From NCBI RefSeq assembly GCF_013167455.1, contig NZ_CP038328.1: a stretch of 64,000 nt of DNA, one strand, 5' to 3'. Of the stretch, positions 60,703-64,000 are shown in pieces. Position 1 is the stretch's first letter. Each line of letters opens with the position of its first letter. The stretch is from Escherichia coli O157:H7. GTDB lineage: Bacteria; Pseudomonadota; Gammaproteobacteria; Enterobacterales; Enterobacteriaceae. Position numbers and translations under genes: made by a program. The notes under the pieces were generated by a model that worked only from the letters and a program-made list of their open reading frames with translations, searched no databases and was not told the origin of the DNA.

Positions 60703-61089
60703 TAGTGGAATCGCAGTTTATCAGAAACAATGAATCGCTTATTCAGCTTCATCATCTTGTTGCGCTCCTTTCATGAGCTAAGCCACATATTGCCACTGGC
60801 GCAAGGAGCGCGCAGGGGGAGGACAATCGCCTCCTCCCCCTGCACCCCCGGGCTCTGGCGAACAAAATCGCCGCTGCGCGGTACCTTCAGCTTATCCCCT
60901 TCGGCTACCGGGTCGGGCGCGAGGAAACGTCCTTGTAAGACGCGCCCTCAGCCCACATCCATGTGGGCTGCCCCGGCCTTCGGGGAACGCTTCAGCGATT
61001 TTGACGCCACCAACACCGGAGCTGTTTGCAAATCAAGTACACAAAATATCTAGTTCCTGACCTGACAACTTATATGTCATATCTGATTT

Positions 61090-61173
61090 TTAAAATATCA
61101 TCTTAAATACGCCAGTCACCACCAGTAGCCCAATCAGGAAAATAATCAATACAGCCCAGAGTATAATTTTCAT
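61090..61173 (-). CDS. yohP: 27-aa single-TM small membrane protein YohP
   Basis: Manual translation of the minus strand gives MKIILWAVLIIFLIGLLVVTGVFKMIF then stop; below the ORF-track size cutoff; weak RBS (aaaggaacgccaATG). Confidence 0.6.
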   Translation of the reverse strand: MKIILWAVLIIFLIGLLVVTGVFKMIF

Positions 61174-61396
61174 TGGCGTTCCTTTATTTGTGAGTGCTGA
61201 ATAAGTATAGGAAAAAACGAAGCCCTTTGCCGTTATCCATAAACGATTAAGATAAATCGGAAGATATCATTCACTTAGTGTATATTTTTCTGGATATGTC
61301 GTTTTATTGCTACTGATGTATTGCCACGCGAAACTAAAAAATATATCGCAACACACGGTAATCTCCGCGCACCTTTTCTTACCTGATTATTCCCCC

Positions 61397-62833
61397 ATGA
61401 ATCGTGATTCCTTTTATCCAGCCATCGCCTGTTTTCCGCTGTTACTGATGCTGGCCGGGTGTGCGCCTATGCATGAAACCCGCCAGGCGTTAAGCCAGCA
61501 AACGCCCGCTGCACAAGTTGACACCGCATTACCCACGGCGCTGAAAAATGGTTGGCCAGACAGCCAATGGTGGCTGGAGTATCACGATAATCAACTCACT
61601 TCCTTAATTAACAATGCACTACAGAACGCACCGGATATGCAGGTGGCTGAACAGCGCATTCAGTTAGCTGAAGCCCAGGCGAAGGCAGTTGCTACTCAGG
61701 ATGGTCCGCAGATCGACTTTTCTGCGGATATGGAGCGGCAAAAAATGTCGGCAGAAGGGCTAATGGGGCCGTTTGCTCTGAACGATCCGGCCGCAGGTAC
61801 GACCGGTCCGTGGTACACCAACGGAACTTTTGGCTTAACGGCGGGCTGGCATCTCGATATCTGGGGAAAGAATCGGGCGGAGGTTACTGCCCGCCTGGGT
61901 ACGGTTAAAGCACGGGCGGCGGAACGCGAGCAAACCCGCCAATTGCTGGCTGGCAGCGTAGCCCGCCTGTACTGGGAGTGGCAAACCCAGGCGGCGTTAA
62001 ACACGGTCTTGCAGCAAATCGAAAAAGAGCAGAACACCATTATCGCGACCGATCGCCAGCTATATCAGAACGGGATTACTTCTTCAGTTGAAGGTGTGGA
62101 AACCGATATTAATGCCAGCAAAACCCGGCAGCAGCTCAACGATGTCGCGGGGAAAATGAAAATTATTGAGGCACGGTTAATTGCACTCACAAATCACCAG
62201 ACTAAGTCATTGACGCTTAAACCGGTGGCGTTGCCGAAAGTGGCAAGCCAGCTTCCTGATGAACTGGGGTACTCCTTACTGGCCCGGCGGGCAGATTTGC
62301 AGGCGGCGCACTGGTACGTTGAGTCATCGCTAAGCACCATTGATGCGGCAAAAGCGGCATTTTATCCTGACATCAACCTGATGGCCTTCCTGCAACAGGA
62401 TGCGTTGCACTTAAGCGATCTGTTCCGTCATTCCGCGCAGCAAATGGGCGTTACGGCAGGCCTGACGCTACCCATTTTCGATAGTGGTCGTCTTAACGCC
62501 AATCTCGATATCGCAAAAGCCGAAAGCAACTTGTCTATCGCCAGCTACAACAAAGCGGTGGTTGAAGCGGTGAATGACGTGGCGCGGGCAGCCAGTCAGG
62601 TTCAGACACTGGCGGAGAAAAACCAGCATCAGGCGCAAATTGAGCGCGATGCCTTGCGTGTGGTAGGTCTTGCGCAGGCCCGCTTTAACGCGGGCATCAT
62701 TGCTGGTTCCCGCGTCAGCGAAGCCAGAATCCCCGCGCTGCGTGAGCGGGCCAATGGCCTGTTATTGCAAGGGCAGTGGCTGGATGCCTCCATTCAACTC
62801 ACTGGTGCGTTGGGCGGGGGTTACAAACGCTGA
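61397..62833 (+). CDS. mdtQ: Outer membrane efflux lipoprotein (OMF/NodT family), apparently intact MdtQ
   Basis: 478-aa product from MNRDSFYPAIACFPLLLMLAGC (lipobox LAGC); continuous reading frame with no internal stop. Confidence 0.8.
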   Translation: MNRDSFYPAIACFPLLLMLAGCAPMHETRQALSQQTPAAQVDTALPTALKNGWPDSQWWLEYHDNQLTSLINNALQNAPDMQVAEQRIQLAEAQAKAVATQDGPQIDFSADMERQKMSAEGLMGPFALNDPAAGTTGPWYTNGTFGLTAGWHLDIWGKNRAEVTARLGTVKARAAEREQTRQLLAGSVARLYWEWQTQAALNTVLQQIEKEQNTIIATDRQLYQNGITSSVEGVETDINASKTRQQLNDVAGKMKIIEARLIALTNHQTKSLTLKPVALPKVASQLPDELGYSLLARRADLQAAHWYVESSLSTIDAAKAAFYPDINLMAFLQQDALHLSDLFRHSAQQMGVTAGLTLPIFDSGRLNANLDIAKAESNLSIASYNKAVVEAVNDVARAASQVQTLAEKNQHQAQIERDALRVVGLAQARFNAGIIAGSRVSEARIPALRERANGLLLQGQWLDASIQLTGALGGGYKR

Positions 62834-62885
62834 TGATATGTGACTTCTATACTTAACGTTTATTCAGCGTTAAGTGGAGAACTCG

Positions 62886-63647
62886 ATGGCACAGGTAGCG
62901 ATTATTACCGCCTCCGATTCGGGGATCGGCAAAGAGTGCGCGTTATTACTGGCGCAGCAAGGGTTTGATATTGGCATTACCTGGCACTCAGATGAAGAAG
63001 GGGCAAAAGATACCGCGCGTGAGGTAGTTAGCCACGGCGTACGTGCGGAGATCGTGCAACTGGATCTCGGCAATCTGCCAGAAGGTGCGCAGGCGCTGGA
63101 GAAACTTATTCAACGGCTGGGGCGTATTGATGTGCTGGTGAATAATGCGGGCGCAATGACCAAAGTGCCGTTTCTTGATATGGCTTTCGATGAGTGGCGC
63201 AAGATTTTTACCGTTGATGTCGATGGTGCATTTTTATGCTCGCAAATTGCTGCCCGCCAGATGGTGAAACAAGGACAGGGTGGTCGCATCATCAACATTA
63301 CGTCGGTACATGAACATACGCCGCTGCCGGATGCCAGCGCCTACACAGCCGCTAAACATGCGCTCGGCGGGTTAACCAAAGCAATGGCGCTGGAGTTGGT
63401 CAGGCATAAGATTTTGGTGAACGCAGTCGCACCTGGGGCGATCGCTACGCCAATGAACGGCATGGATGATAGCGACGTGAAGCCCGACGCGGAGCCTTCG
63501 ATTCCTCTGCGGCGTTTTGGCGCAACGCATGAGATTGCCAGCCTGGTGGCGTGGCTTTGTTCGGAGGGCGCAAATTACACCACCGGGCAGTCGTTGATAG
63601 TGGATGGCGGCTTTATGTTGGCGAATCCGCAGTTCAACCCAGAATAG
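62886..63647 (+). CDS. yohF: Short-chain dehydrogenase/reductase YohF
   Basis: 253-aa product from MAQVAIITASDSGIGKECA (TGxxxGxG Rossmann motif), GGAGA RBS; track ORF starts at an upstream GTG. Confidence 0.88.
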   Translation: MAQVAIITASDSGIGKECALLLAQQGFDIGITWHSDEEGAKDTAREVVSHGVRAEIVQLDLGNLPEGAQALEKLIQRLGRIDVLVNNAGAMTKVPFLDMAFDEWRKIFTVDVDGAFLCSQIAARQMVKQGQGGRIINITSVHEHTPLPDASAYTAAKHALGGLTKAMALELVRHKILVNAVAPGAIATPMNGMDDSDVKPDAEPSIPLRRFGATHEIASLVAWLCSEGANYTTGQSLIVDGGFMLANPQFNPE

Positions 63648-63684
63648 CGCAGTGAGGTGTGTGGATATTTCAATGGGTAAAATT

Positions 63685-63770
63685 TTGGTAGGCATGATAA
63701 GACGCACAAGCGCCGCATCAGGCATGGTGAACCGGATGTCGGATGCGGCGCGCACGCCTTATCCAGGGCA
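63685..63770. repeat. Pair of REP elements (BIME) between yohF and yohD
   Basis: ggcatgataagacgcacaagcgccgcatcaggcatg and ccggatgtcggatgcggcgcgcacgccttatccagg in inverted orientation. Confidence 0.65.
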
Positions 63771-63776
63771 ATGGTT

Positions 63777-64000
63777 TTACGCCTGATTATCCGGCTTTTT
63801 CTTCCCGCGTCGTTTCAGCCACCAGCGCACGCCTACCACCAGAACCACGACCAGAATCAACCAGACCCAGTGCTTCAAATGCTGGTCGAGATTGTGCAAC
63901 CACGGCGCAATCACCTGACCACCAGCGTAACCGATAGTGGTAAAAATCAACGCCCAGGCAAATGCGCCGAGAATATTAAGCGGCAGAAAGATTTTCGGCG
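63777..64000 (-). CDS. yohD: DedA-family inner membrane protein YohD, C-terminal part (5' end lies beyond the window)
   Basis: Minus-strand frame ends ...VRWWLKRRGKKKPDNQA then stop (stop complement at 63777-63779); hydrophobic upstream codons; no start within window. Confidence 0.7.
   Translation of the reverse strand, partial: PKIFLPLNILGAFAWALIFTTIGYAGGQVIAPWLHNLDQHLKHWVWLILVVVLVVGVRWWLKRRGKKKPDNQA

Noticed and set aside
60730-61053. 107-aa ORF as a protein-coding gene in the dusC-yohP spacer
   Set aside because: Low-complexity Arg/Gly/Pro-rich translation, no RBS, and the region is dominated by DNA/RNA hairpins; a noncoding structured element is more likely (reported as a finding)

Overview
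This window reads as one contiguous Escherichia coli chromosomal segment, equivalent to the K-12 region around 48-49 min in reverse orientation. Gene order, identified by recognising the translated ORFs: yejL(start only)-yejK-rplY-yejH/radD-rsuA-bcr-yejG-yejFEBA-rtn-mepS-lpxT-yeiR-yeiQ-yeiP-yeiW-setB-fruBKA-psuKGT-yeiL-rihB-nupX-yeiI-nfo-yeiH-yeiE-lysP-cirA-yeiG-folE-yeiB-galS-mglBAC-preAT-yeiS-sanA-cdd-yohKJ-[six-gene gentisate cluster]-dusC-yohP-mdtQ-yohF-yohD(partial). All gene names and the K-12 comparison come from memory of protein families and gene order; no database search was run. I found no rRNA or tRNA genes, CRISPR arrays, IS elements, integrases or phage genes. I did not find convincing evidence of a previously undescribed system. 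The only clear accessory content is a 3-hydroxybenzoate/gentisate catabolic cluster (LysR regulator, MFS transporter, gentisate 1,2-dioxygenase, fumarylpyruvate hydrolase, maleylpyruvate isomerase, FAD monooxygenase) between yohJ and dusC, which I believe is absent from K-12 but known from other E. coli and Klebsiella. The least explained signal is a GC-rich run of stable hairpins in the dusC-yohP spacer (about 60780-61030). Other observations are an apparently intact mdtQ, a small yohP ORF missing from the ORF track, a duplicated nucleoside-utilisation module with a conserved leader motif, an 18-bp tandem repeat upstream of psuK, and REP/BIME clusters. Several ORF-track starts were moved to internal start codons where the longer ORF is an N-terminal over-extension.
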